A stretch of 64,000 nt of DNA from Gnetum montanum (lineage: Eukaryota; Plantae; Gnetophyta): NCBI GenBank assembly GCA_015680685.1, contig MNCI01002465.1, forward strand, positions 423,268 to 487,267, written 5' to 3'. Positions 13,733 through 26,330 of this stretch are shown here, piece after piece. Below the pieces are notes generated by a model. The model was not told where the DNA came from and made no database searches. It worked only from the letters and a program-made list of their open reading frames with translations. Every line of letters starts with the position of its first letter. Position 1 is the first letter of the stretch. The position numbers were made by a program, and so were the translations under genes.

Positions 13733-16700
13733 ATAATCTAGTTCTAGCCTTAAAAAACCATTTAGGAAAGAATATACTTGAGACCCTAATACTTTAATTA
13801 ACATCTCATCAATTCTAGGAAGTGGTTATTTTTCTTTTTTAGAGGCTTCATTAAAATTGATGAAATCCACACAGCCTAATATCATCATTATTTTTCCTTA
13901 CTGGAACAAGATTAACAAGCTATGTTAAATATCAAACTGCATATATGATTTGAGCTTGTAATAACTTGATTCTAGCTTCCATAGCTAGTTCATATGATGG
14001 ATTAAATTTCCTTTGCTTTTGTTAACTATCTTACAACCTTTTACAAAGGAATTTTATATGTCATCACATCTGTTCTAAAAGCTTTAAGGTCATCATAGGA
14101 CCAAGTAAAATTTCCTAAATTATTTTTCACAGTAATAAATTTTTTTTAAAACTAAATTCTTTTCCTTTGTGACATTTAACATCTTTGGTATCTCAAAGAT
14201 CCAAGATTCACTATTTCATAAGATTGATCATTTAGATTTTATATATCTTTTTCTATAAGAAAATTCTTGCTAAACTCATGTAAGTAATCAATCACGTTTT
14301 TGGAAATGAAATTTGACTTAATCCTTATCATTATTTCAAGTATGATTTGACTTTCAAATTCTTGCTTATTCCTCAAGAACCTAAGGAATTGATCATTATC
14401 TTTGAATACTTGTAAATGTTTTATGTTATCCAACACTGATGGTTGGTGTTCATTCTTAATTACTACCTCTTCATAATTTTCTATCCTTTTTACATCTAAT
14501 GTCAAAGCTACCTTTACTAAATCATCTACTATGTGGTTATCTTTCCTACCTATATGTTTTGTTTTATAGTAATGAAATTGATCCAACATTTTGCAGATGA
14601 GCTATTATAACACCGCAAGAATGAACTTTTGACTACATAATTGCCTTTAATCTATTGACAAATTAGTCTTGAATCTTCTTTTATCATGATCACCTTGATC
14701 CCTTGTTTCAATTCTACTTTAATTCCAATACTTAAAGTTTCATATTCTACCTTGTTATTAGTACAAGGGAAAGATAAATGAACTACCTTTAAAATTTTTG
14801 AGGAATCATCTTTTACTAGAACTACTCTAGTTTTGCACCTTTGGAGTTACAATAACCATCAAAGTATAATTTTGACTTGCTCTCATATTGAGCTTTCTCT
14901 TTTTCCAGGTTCTAAATTTCTTAAACTATGAAACTTTTGGATTTAGAAGTTGTTCTTTTAACAACTTTGTTTCTTCTAGTTGAAGTAATGTTTTCAATCA
15001 TCAAAGGCTTACTATATATTTAAATTTGATTTGGTTCCTCTTTCCAAGGTAGTCACATATGTGAAAAATCTATTGATATGTAATTAGAGAAATTTTAACT
15101 CTAATTTCTACTTAACAAAAGACTATGAATTTGGTATATCTACTACTTGAATAGTTACCCTACTTTTTGTATGAGGTTCAAAAATGATTTCCAACAGAAC
15201 ATCAAGCAGCTAACCCACAAGCTTCACTATGGTTTTGTTCACTTGAACGATCTTTTTATTGGATTGTTTGGAAGTCAAACAAAGTCTTTTGCATATAGAT
15301 AATGGCATGATAGTAGATGTAGCTACAGAATCAACCAAATAATTGTGAAGATATTTGTCTTTTAATTTTATTGTTAGAAGAAATGGAGAAGCTTCTTTAT
15401 TAGGAGTAGAATCATAATTAGTTCTTTTTTATCTTATCAATATTAGACACATAGCTTAACTTTGAATCTCCAACTCTCCTTTTTGCTTTGATAAGCTCTA
15501 AATATTTTCTTTGCTGATCTTCTATATGTAGCAATTGATATATACTAATGTTTCTCTTTACATGTTTAACATCCTCAATTAGATCATATTCTCCTTCTCA
15601 ATAAAAGCTTGATTTCTTCATCCATTTATTTAATGTTTGATTTCAAGTATTTTGGTCTACTTGATCTTCTTTACTTTTATTTTTTTCTCCTCCACTAGGT
15701 TCAAACATTTTTCTCTTAGCAGATGGATTAGAAATGACATTTGAAGGCCTAGAAGTAGTTAATTTTTTGTTTGATAACAAATTTTATCTATTTTCTGCAT
15801 TGTTATTACACTCTTCATTTGATGATATATCTTCTTTAGAACTTAACAGAGAAGAGGTATCACTAGATCCATTGTTAGAAGATTTGAATGTGTAATGAAT
15901 ACAAGATAGCTCATTATTAGATTCAATGTCGAGAAAGTTAGACATAGCAACATCACTCTCATCTTCATTGTAGCTAACTTAGTGTCTTGATGTTTATGTT
16001 TTTGGTTCTTCTTTTCTTCTTTAATTTTAACTTTTGCCAAATCTTTTTCTAATTTCACTATTTTGTTGGACAAGTCTTTCATTAACTATCCTTTTTCAAA
16101 TTCTTTGCTTTTTTAACTCTTGATCTATCTTAATATGAGAGGGCCTTGGTAATGCTTTAAGTTGGGTAGAATCTTGCACAGGAATCATAATTTTCTCTTC
16201 TCTTTTTTGAGTTGTGATAATTTCTTTATTGTTTAAGCAACTATTTTTCTAATTGTATAGCTTCACTAAAGTAGTCATTCAATGTTAGTAAGTTTGGAAT
16301 TTTTTTCAACCAAATTGAAATATTGGTATTCGCAAGTTTAAGATAAGTGTCTCTAAGCATTTTACTTGATGGTCTATACTATCTTTGAAAGAGTGCACAA
16401 ATTCGTTGAAATTAATGTTGAAAACTCTAATTGACTCTTTAACTTCTTGCTTATATTGTACTAGTCCATAGTATAGTTGTTGTTGAGCTAATTGATTGTC
16501 AAATTGTGCCAAGAAAAGGCTTTTCATATCATCCCAACTTATGATATTGTTGCTTGGTAAGTTTGAATACCAAATTTGAGCCATATTCTTTAAGTTTACT
16601 ACAAACAACCTACAAGCTCAATCTTGGTGTTGAATATTTGCATGAGCTAAAGCTAACTCAAATAAGTAAAGGTATTTTTTGGCTAAGTAAGCTTTTCTAA

Positions 16701-18456
16701 GAATAAAAAGTTTAGGCAAATATTTAAAAATTGCCTTAGGAATATCATTGTTATTTTGAAATCCTAGTGGTATAACTCTTTGCAAAGGATTAACTAGTTA
16801 TGGTTCTACCATTTTATTATGATTCCTTTTGATTATTGAACTTCTATATTTCTTTGACCTTATTCTATAGACTAATCAACTAGATAGAAGAGGTGAACTC
16901 CTTATCCTTCTAGTTTTTACTCCACTATTTTTTCCAAACTCAAAAACCTTTTCCGATGAATAATCAATCTTATAACTAGAAAATTCTTTAGGACTTTCAA
17001 AATATTTTAAACTACCAATTTGTTTGATCATTAACTCAAAATAATAGCTACTTTTTTTTTCAAGTCCTCTTTTTAGTGTCAAAAAGAACTATTGGCAATC
17101 ATTCAGAACTACCAACGTTTACTTTAGTTTTGTGACTAGGATCATGGAAAATGAAGGTGTTTCTTCAAACTTGAGTTTAGGTGTTTGTAAGTTTCTGGAA
17201 ACACCAAGGCCCAGATACCTCCAAATAAACTTAATGGTAATAGAACAAATTAATCTTAGACATGTGTTTGCTATTATGAATGTTAAAATGGTTAGATTTA
17301 TGTATGAAATTGTAGCTAGCTATTTTAAAAAAAAATTTAACTAACCTTGTTGAATATCATGAGTTATTAAAGATTGCTATTTTGTGAAGTCACTTAGTCT
17401 ATACATTTCCTATAGTATGTTGCTTGAAATAAATAAAATTTCACCAAAATGCTTAAGTAAAAGTCTGCAGAAAGCTACTCCTAAATTTTCTTAAAGAGAA
17501 AGATCCATAAGCAAATTAGAAATAGAGCAAGATTTAATGAATTTTAAAAGAGAAGAAGTGAAAAAGCAAAATTGTGTGAAATCTCAAACATTGAAGTGTG
17601 ATAAATTGAACATGAGGAAATACTTTGAGATAAAACTATTCCAATTTAACTTAAACTATTACAAATTGTCCAAACCCCTTGAGCTCAACAAGCAATTTCA
17701 TAAAAGGCACTCATATTAAACTTTCAAAATGCTTTGCAAAAGACAAAATACAAGCTATTATTTGGCTAGTTAATAGTTGTCATGAATTGTAAAAAATAGA
17801 GCTATCGGAAAAGATTTAATAACTAGAAGATTGAACATTAAGGGACAACTTTAAAATTAAAGCTATTTTAAGTTAGCTCAAAATATCAAATATTTTCTAG
17901 ACCCTCTAGACTTGAGTAGGAAATTTTATAAAGACATTACTATTAAATTGCTCAAGATGTTTTTAAAATGACAACAGAAGCTCTTACATGATAACCAAAT
18001 AGAAGTTTAGAATTATGAGAAAGTAGAGATATAAGAGCAATAGGAAAATCCCAAAATTAAATGCTAAGCACAATACTATCTAAACTATTAACTAAGCAAT
18101 TAAGATAAAATGAGAAAAAAAGAACTCATAGGATTTAGACAAAGAAGTTGAATTGATGATGTAATTAGCAAGCCATTCTTACAAATAATCTTCAATATGT
18201 CTTCTTGATTTACTCCTTATTCCATCCTTGAAGTTCTTTTTATATTGGCTTCTTGGTAGTCACAAACATCATGAAGAATTAAGCTTAGTCACAAATATCA
18301 TGGGAATTTAGTTATAACTACCATAAGAACTTATAACTTCTATAGGAAATTACTATCACTATAGAAATACAAGCTATAGTTTCCAAGTGTTGAATAACTA
18401 TTTCATCAGTTCATTTTTCTTCTTGAATAATAATACCTTTTTTTATGTGGAACACA
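13733..18456 (-). mobile_element. Ty3/gypsy Tat-clade element with gag-PROT-aRH-RT order (TatII-like), RT truncated at 13733
   Basis: gag IWYSNLPSNNIISWDDMKSLFLAQF at 16306-16608; protease at ~15100-15400; archaeal-type RNase H KLYFDG..CTNNKVEYE..DSRL..NHIVDDL at 14500-14880; linker PSVLDNIKHLQVFKD; RT N-terminus FTWSYDDLK..VNLVPVRKNN at 13740-14110. Putative 5' terminus TGTGTT (rc) at 18456. Confidence 0.8.
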
Positions 18457-19330
18457 TTTTAATACCATAATTATCAACGTACCCTTGTCAACCTTCAGTT
18501 CCAAAATCTTCTTTAAAAATCAATTGAACATTCCTGATGTATTGCCTTAACCAGAGGGGCTCAAACACAAGTTTGGAAAAGCGAACAGACAGGTTTTTCA
18601 TCAATTCTTTCCCCAGATAATGATCAATTCGATATATCGCTCTCCTGTGAGGTGTTCCTTAAGACCTCTTTTGAGTTCTGCAGATGACTTGGAATCTCTA
18701 CCAAAGGTCTTTTCAACAATCACTCCAGTCAAACCATTTGCTGCAGATGAAAAATGGCTTGCATACTTTGCAGCATCAAGAAAAACATTTGGAGGAACAG
18801 ACAAGTAGAATAATCGATTTGCAACTTTGTCACCCTCGTGATCCTTCAACTGTTTGTCTAATTTTTCAAAGTCAGCCGCTGAGTTATAGTGGCGTGAATA
18901 ATCAAAGCATCATGCCAAAAAGTGCTCCATTTTGTCTTTGCAGTTTGCACTTTTGTCTATCCTACATGTTAACTTTTCACTGATCTCCTTTCTCAATTCT
19001 GCATGTCATGTTGCTTCGTGCATAAACATAAATGGTAAAACACTCAGGCATGAAATCTTCGTAGAAAAGCGCAAAGAAAGCAAGAAAAGTCTTTTTGGCA
19101 AGGTCTCCTGAGGCACCCACAACTGTGATGCTCACGGTGGAACCAGACCTAGAGACGCTCGAGTCCGAGACGCTGGAAACAGTCTCTGACACTGTCGTTG
19201 TTGCACGGAACGATGCGGAATCATTGCCAGAAAATTTCTAGGCCTCTGATTTCGATGGTGCTACAAAAACAACAGGAGCAGCCACGCCATTATATATTTG
19301 TTGAGAGACAAACAGTGCAGAATGCAGAGA
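18457..19330 (-). pseudogene. G6PD: Plastid (probably P2-type) G6PD processed pseudogene fragment, N-terminal half, copy 2
   Basis: [28 protein letters not shown] (plastid redox Cys pair), [55 protein letters not shown] and DNYGI run continuously without introns. Contains stops and frameshifts. Cut at 18457 by the Tat element. The upstream boundary is uncertain (19205-19450). Confidence 0.93.
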
Positions 19331-19532
19331 AATGATCCAAAATTGCTCCTTGCTTGCTTGCAGAAGGCATACTTCTCCCATGGACGATCTAAAGCAACCG
19401 TATCTGAACATCTAACCGTCTGAAAGGAATCTGCAGGATCCACTAATTGTTTTTGCTCCGAGTATTAACTCTTTTTCTCTTACTGTGTCTCTGTTTAGTA
19501 CTAGGCTGGCTAAAATATTGGACAGTTTTCTT

Positions 19533-20547
19533 TTATGCTGAAGAGTAAGGATCCGTCCAACACTTGTCTTCTCGGACTGCATTTGCCCACCTCCGCTTGA
19601 ATGTGTCCAATTCAAAATATGACTGCCATCTCACCTCCACCCTCTCCCTCTACCAGATTCTGGAAGCTCAGCAGCTGAATCAATTGTACTGCCAGTGGCT
19701 TTATTACAATTCTCTAGCCCTGTCTTGATGTCATCTACTCCAGGTGATGGTATCCCCTTGTGAATAATATATTCTGCATCTATAACAACAACCTTTTGGG
19801 TTTGATCTCCCTGTGCATAGTAACCTAGCTCGAAGTCTATACGCCATGCATGGACCAAATCATTCTGAATCATATGCCATACACCTCGCCAAGTAGCTCG
19901 AGGGAAAACAGGCATAATCATTTCTACTCATCCTGTGCATGGAGGATGAATCCTGTTTTGCAAAACACTTTCCATGGCCTCGAAACTTGTCAATCCGTCT
20001 GTGTACTATTGAGCGATGACTACGCACAGTTGTGCGATGATGTACTTCTGACTTGTTAAGGTCTAACCCTGGCTGGGAAATTTAAAGTCCTTCATCTCCA
20101 GGATCTCTAAGTAGCGATCATCATGAAAATTCTCTACTCTGAGATCTTCATGACAAAGAAAAATATATCTGTAGCTTGCAACTATATCTGAGTGCAAAAA
20201 CTATTTTGCAAACCACCATTTGGTTTAGTTGGTAGTCACATGAATGGCTCTGTTGCTCCATTCCAAATCATTCCATTGATCTGTGATGTCATCATAATGG
20301 AATAACATCACAGTGAAATTGCTGGCAGGAAACTTGTGATTTACACTTTCCTTCTGCCTTATTCCTACTAGAATGGCAAGCAAGTTTTTGGGGGCATTTT
20401 TTTTGGCATCTCATGATTTGGATTATGCCACAAAGGCCACATTTCTAAATCGGATGTAGCTTGTACAATGCTTCTTGGCAATGGTTCAGTACCAATAGGC
20501 CTTTTTCTCCATTTCTCCTTGCATTCATCAAGCCTTGGCACCTACTT
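19533..20547 (-). pseudogene. DUF707-family processed pseudogene, most of the CDS, copy 2
   Basis: GTEPLPRSIVQATSDLEMWPLW, FTVMLFHYD, TKWWFAK*FLHSDIV, ISQPGLD, HPPCTG*VEM, WHMIQNDLVHAW and ELDTFKRRWANAVREDKCWTDPY..stop (19533). Intronless, with several stops and frameshifts. The 5' end is cut by the LTR at 20548. Confidence 0.93.
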
Positions 20548-23500
20548 TGTTAACTATCAATTAATGTGAAGAAAACTCTTCCTCTATTTTTATTAATTTA
20601 AGTTATGTTTGTCATAACTTCTAGCTTTGTAATCTTTGCTTAAGACATGATTAGCAATTTCTAAAATTATCTAAAGTTTGTAATAGAAAAAAGACTATTT
20701 TTTTCTCCTATAAATTAAAGGGTGGGAAGATGTGTTAGGCACCACCAAAACAACAACAACAAAGTGTGAAGGAAGGGCTTAAGAGTGTTGTAACAACAAG
20801 AAGCTATAAAAGTTATCAAGGATAGCTTGTGTCTTTGGGATATTTTCTACAGATAAAAGAAAAACTGTACATTGGTTCTCATGGTCTTTTCCCCACTTTG
20901 GGGTTTCCACATAAATTTTTATGTGTGTTTTTCTTGTTGTCTTTGTTGTGTCAATTTGCATATTTAAATAATTTTCATAACAAGTGGTATCGAAGCAAGT
21001 TGATAAAGTGGTTACAAAAAATAGACAGGCTTGTTGGTTAGAACTGAAACATTTGGAGTATGCTGATGAAAGATATCTTGGCATTAAAGGAGTGCGATGA
21101 TGCCTTTCAATCTTCAAAATGTGCAAGGATGTTAGATGATGATTGGAAAAGGCTACAAGAAAAAGCACTAATGTTGATCTGTCCATGTTTGACCAACAGA
21201 ATTTTGGCATCTCTTTCTAATGAAACAGATCCTCACATTCTTTGGGTAAAGTTGAAAAACAAGTTTGATAAAGTTTCAAGTTTAAATTAATTTTATATTT
21301 ATCAAAACATTTTTAATGTAAAGATGAAAGAAGGTGTTTCTTTGCAAGATCATTTAGATGATATGATGGTGCTTTTACTAAATTTGAAGAATATAAAATG
21401 ATAATTTCAAAGCCAATGAAGTGCTGTGCTATTTTAAATTCTTTACTTGAATCTTGGAATCCAATTATTACAACTATTACTACCTCTATGAGTACTAGTA
21501 GTATTTATTTTAATGATGTAGTTTCTACTCTTCAAGATGCAAAAAACAAAAAAGATTACTTGAAGGACAAGGTCAATTATTAGGTGATGCTTTCACAGTT
21601 TCAAATAGAGGTAGATTTAATAAACATGATCAAAGAAGGGGACCTAATCAGAGTAGGAAAAGGAGTAAAAGTAAAGGAAGTTCTAAAAGTAGGATTGAAT
21701 GCTTATTTTGCCACAAAATTGGTGACATGAACAAAGATTGTTGTGCTTACAAAGCATGAAAACCATCATTGCAATAGAAGGAAAAAATAGAGTTAGAAAA
21801 ATTAGAAAGTAATGTAGGTCTACAAGGAAATCATATAGAGGAGGAGCTTGCTTTTGAATTTATTGTATTTGAATTATCTACAGTATTTTCTTTAAACACA
21901 ACAAAAGATGTCTGGATTGTAGACATAAGAGCCTTGTTTCATACTTGCCTTGATCGGTCTATTTTTACTTCCTATCAACCAATTTCATTAGGTGTTGTTT
22001 ATGCTACTAATGGTGTTCCATTAAAAATTACTGGTATAAAAAGTGTTGTTTGCAACAACATGGTTTTTCTAAAATCACTCTTAATAATGTTAGGCATGTT
22101 TCTGAAGTTTCTATAAAGCTTATTTCTATTTCTCATCTTGATGATTTGGGTTTAAATTTTTCATGTGAAAATAATTAGTAGAAAATCACTAAGGGAATTA
22201 TAACAATTTTGAATGGTAAAAAGATTGGCTCAATGTATACTTTGGGAGCTAATATATGTTTGCAAGATGATTTTGTGGCTATACTTGCTATAGGGAAGGA
22301 TATTGATTTATAGCATAAATGGTTGGGCCATATCAGTTATTGTAATTTAAAGGTACTTCAATCTCATTCTTGCATTCCCAAATTTGTAGTAACCTGCATA
22401 GAATTTTGAAAAGATTCTGCTATTAGTAAATCAAAATGGATGAATTTTCTTAAAAATATGGGACATAGATGAGCTAATAAATTAGAACTTGTTTATTCTG
22501 ATGTTTATGATCCAATAAATCCAACATCCTTTAGTGGTTCACTATATTTTTTTTACTTTTATTAATGATCACACACAAAAAGTATGGATATTTTTAATAA
22601 AGTTCAAGGATGCTATTTTAAATATTTTTATGTCCTTTGTTGCTAAAATGGAGACAAAAATAGGTTTAAAGTTGAAATGTTTACTTACAAATAATGGTGG
22701 TGAATTTACTTCAAATGCATTTAGTGAGTTTTGCAAAGAAAAAAAAATTGGCATATTTGTCCTCCTCTTGGAACTCCACAACAAAATGAAGTAGTAGAAA
22801 GATGCAATAGAATGTTGGTTGAATGTGCAAGATCTATGATTATTGGTGCAAGTTTTCCTAAAGTTTTTTTGGCTGAGGATATTATGACTATTGCTTATTT
22901 AATTAATAGATCACCACATTCCTCTTTAAATAATGTAGTACTAGAGTCTTTGTGGAGTGGGAGACATGTTTCTTATAATCATTTAAGTTTTTGGATATGT
23001 TGGTTACATGCATATAAAAAGGGAAAAAATATATAAATTTGATGATAAATCAAAAATATGTAATTTTGTGGGTTATAGTAGTGATGAATTGGGTTTCAAA
23101 TTATGGGATCTTGAGGCAAAACAATTTGTAAGGTTATGAGATGCAACATTTCAAGAAAATATTATGTTTTATGATTTTCAAAATAAAATGTTTCTAATTA
23201 TGTTACATAGTAGGTTTCTAGATTTTTTTTGCAACCTCAAGAAATAATACAAGAGCAAGTGGTAAATCAAAGTACTCTAGAATTTCTAGATGAAGATGAG
23301 GAGAAAGAAAACTAATGAAGAGGAAAATTTTGAAGAAGATACATCATATGGGGTAAGATGTACCAGTAGAATAATGTGTCTTCCTACTAGATTTAAAGAC
23401 TATATTCTTTATATAGATCCTGGTGAACCTAAAATGGTAAAAGAAGATCTTACAAGTCCTAATGCAATAAAATGGAAGGAGGCTATGTAAAGGGAATGGA

Positions 23501-24390
23501 ATTCACTCCAACAAAATAAAACTTGGGAATTGGTGGAATTAAATATTTGTGGTTATGTGGATGAAAATTTTGATAGCTAATTTAGATACCAAACATTTAA
23601 CTATAGGTTATGTTTTTGTTTTAAGTAGTGTTGTAGTAAGTTGAATGTTAGAAATTCAATCTTTGGTAACTTTGTCCACTACATAATCTAAATATGTGGC
23701 ATTGACAAAAGCATGTAAGGAGATGTTATGCTTACAAACAATTTCATAGTTTCTTGGTGTAAAGCAAGATAGCTATCAAATTTTCTATGATAGCTAAGGT
23801 ACCTTACATTTAGCAAAAAACTTTAGCTTATCATGATAGAACAAAACATATTGATATAAAATACCATTTTATTAGAGATACTGTAGAAGAAGGCTTAATT
23901 AATTTGTCAAAAATTAACACTTGAAAAGAATTTCCAATGCATTGTCTAAAGTGGTTGCAAGGGATGTGCATGTTTCTTGCACAAAACATCTTAGAATAAT
24001 AAAGATGTAAGAATGCAACTTGAAACTAGTGCACCTCTAACTTGAAGATTTGTTAGATTTTTCTTAAGTGGGAGAATTATTAATTGTTAGTTAATGTGAA
24101 GAAAAATATTCCTCTATTTTTATCAATTTATGTTATGTTTGTCATAACTTCTAGCTTTGTAATCTTTACTTGAGATATGATTAGCAGTTTCTAAAATTAT
24201 CTAAAGTTTGTAATAGAAAAAAGACTGTTATTTCCTCATATAAATTAAAGGGTGGAAGATGTGTTTGGCACCACCAGAACAACAACAAGAATGTGCGAAG
24301 GAAAGACTTAAGAGTGTTGTAACAACAACAAGCTATGAAAGTTATCAAGGATGGCTTGTGTCCTTGGGATATCTTCTTCAAATAAATGAA
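20548..24390 (+). mobile_element. Ty1/copia element (Tork/Tnt1-like) with RT deleted
   Basis: 5' LTR at 20548-20982 (TG..CA), PBS TGGTATCGAAGC at 20985, gag, zinc knuckle ~21700, integrase GTPQQNEVVERCNRMLVECARSM. WELVEL is joined directly to RNase H CGYVD at ~23540. PPT AAGTGGGAGA at 24066 and a truncated 3' LTR at 24078-~24390. Confidence 0.9.
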
Positions 24391-26330
24391 GATGCACAAA
24401 GTGTGACACCCTTAAAACCACATTTTGAGAGGAAAAAAGTCTAGAGGTGTGCAAGCAATCTACCCTCCAAATATGGTGTACCCAAGCTGGGGAACCACAT
24501 AAAATTATGTGTGCTTTGTGTGGCTGAATTTTTGATTTTGGAAACTTATTCATCCCCCTTTTCTAAGTTCAACAATCCTCAAGTCGTATCAGAGCCTAGT
24601 ACTCTTGTTTCTACATCAATTTTGAAGAGTTAACAATGGAGGAAAATTCCTATACAAAGCCACACATGTTCGATGTATTTGACTTCGCCTATTGGAAAGT
24701 GAGGATGCAGGGCTTCTTTGAATCTATGAAGTTTGAATTCTAGGAATCCATTCTTAAAAGGTGCACATCGCTTGTTGATAGCACAATAGGAGCCATCAAG
24801 CTCCGTAACAAATGGAGTCAAGAAGAAAAGGATAGGTTCATGTTTGACTCTAAAGAAAAAAAAATTTTATATTGTGCTTTGAATAAATTAGAATTTAATA
24901 AAGTAGTGGTATGTAAAATGGCCAAAGAAATTTGGTAAACATTAGAGACTACTTATGAAGGTACATCTATAGTTAAGTAATCTTAATTATTAGTTTTGCA
25001 AAGTGGGTATAGTAAGCTAAAAATGAAAGAAGGAGAGAAACTAAATGATTACTTTTATAGAGCCAATGATCTTGTTGTGACCATTAAAGGTACTATCAAA
25101 AACCTACCAAAGAGTAATGTCATAATAAAAATGATCAAAACTCTCCGACCAGAATTTAGACCAAAGGTCACAACCATGGAAGAAATCAGAGTTTTTGCAA
25201 CTTTGATCTTTGAATAGCTTCAAAGTGATCTCATTGCTTATGAAATGAACCTCATAAGCAAAGGAGCCATTCAAGAGAGGAAACCCAATACCCTTAAATC
25301 AACCACCAAGGAAAAGGAACCTAATGAGCAAGATATGAGTAGCAAGGAGGAGATAAATCTTCTCTCTACTCATGGAAAAAGGGGACAAGTGCTTCAGTCA
25401 ACAAAGAGGTAAGGAAAGAAGTAAAACTCTTTCCAATTTCAATTTTGGTTTTTCCTCTATAGAATGTTGGGTATGTGGTGGAAGAGGTCATTTGGCATTC
25501 AAATGTCCTAATAATAGTAGATGGTAGTGAAAGGATAGAGATGATAAGGAGTTGAAAAAGACCAACTTCTATACAAGTTGGGATGATGGTAAGCAATGTG
25601 AAGAAGAAGTAGATAACTCTACCAAAGATTCTTATCTCATAAAAATGGTTATTACAGATGAAAATTCACTACACATTGATGAATGAGGTGGTAAGTATGA
25701 TGAAAGGTATAGTGAAATAAGAAAAAAAAAATCTTGTTCTACATTATTTGCTTAGAAAGGCAAAGAAATTACTAAATACTAAGCTTGATGCTATTCACAC
25801 TAAATTAAAGGGAGAAATATTAGACATAAAGGTTGAGATTCAACAACTAACCTCTTTAAACAAGGATTGTAGAAATTTTCAAGAAGGAAAGACTCTTGAA
25901 GAGCAACCAAAGAATTAGAGAAAGTCTCATAGAAGGATACAAGCTCAAGCTCAAGCATAGTTAGATTTGATAATTTTTTTTCATAAGGATAATACTTTAA
26001 ATTGTGGTAGTAAAAAAAAATTTGGTTATTCTCATGATGATTAGATTGATGCTTTGTCTTGTCAAAAAGGTTTTGACATGGATATTTTGCAAACAATAGT
26101 AGTTGAATATGAAAAGAAGTGGAGAATTGAAAATTTCTTCAAATAGATAGATGATACAATAAGTGATCAAGGATTTATTCATAAATAACATGAAAAAATA
26201 TAGTCATCATACAAAATATCTAATGAAAAAGAACCAAAAGTTAAGGAGGTATTTCATGACAAAGGACCTCATCTCAAACTTCATTAATTTTCTTCCTCTT
26301 AAGTACAAGTAAGATAAGTTAAGGTAAGTT
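24391..26330 (+). mobile_element. SIRE-like copia, 5' part (LTR end, PBS, gag; no pol)
   Basis: LTR 3' end with ATTCATCCCCC motif at ~24548, PBS-like TCGTATCAGAGCC at ~24583, gag MEENSYTKPHMFDVFDFAYWKVRMQGF from 24636, and a zinc knuckle at ~25463. Homologous in inverted orientation to 29569-29780 and 42950-44329. Confidence 0.75.

Noticed and set aside
18457-20547. Functional DUF707-G6PD fusion protein
   Set aside because: DUF707 has its own stop at 19533, both parts have stops and frameshifts, and G6PD lacks its C-terminal half.
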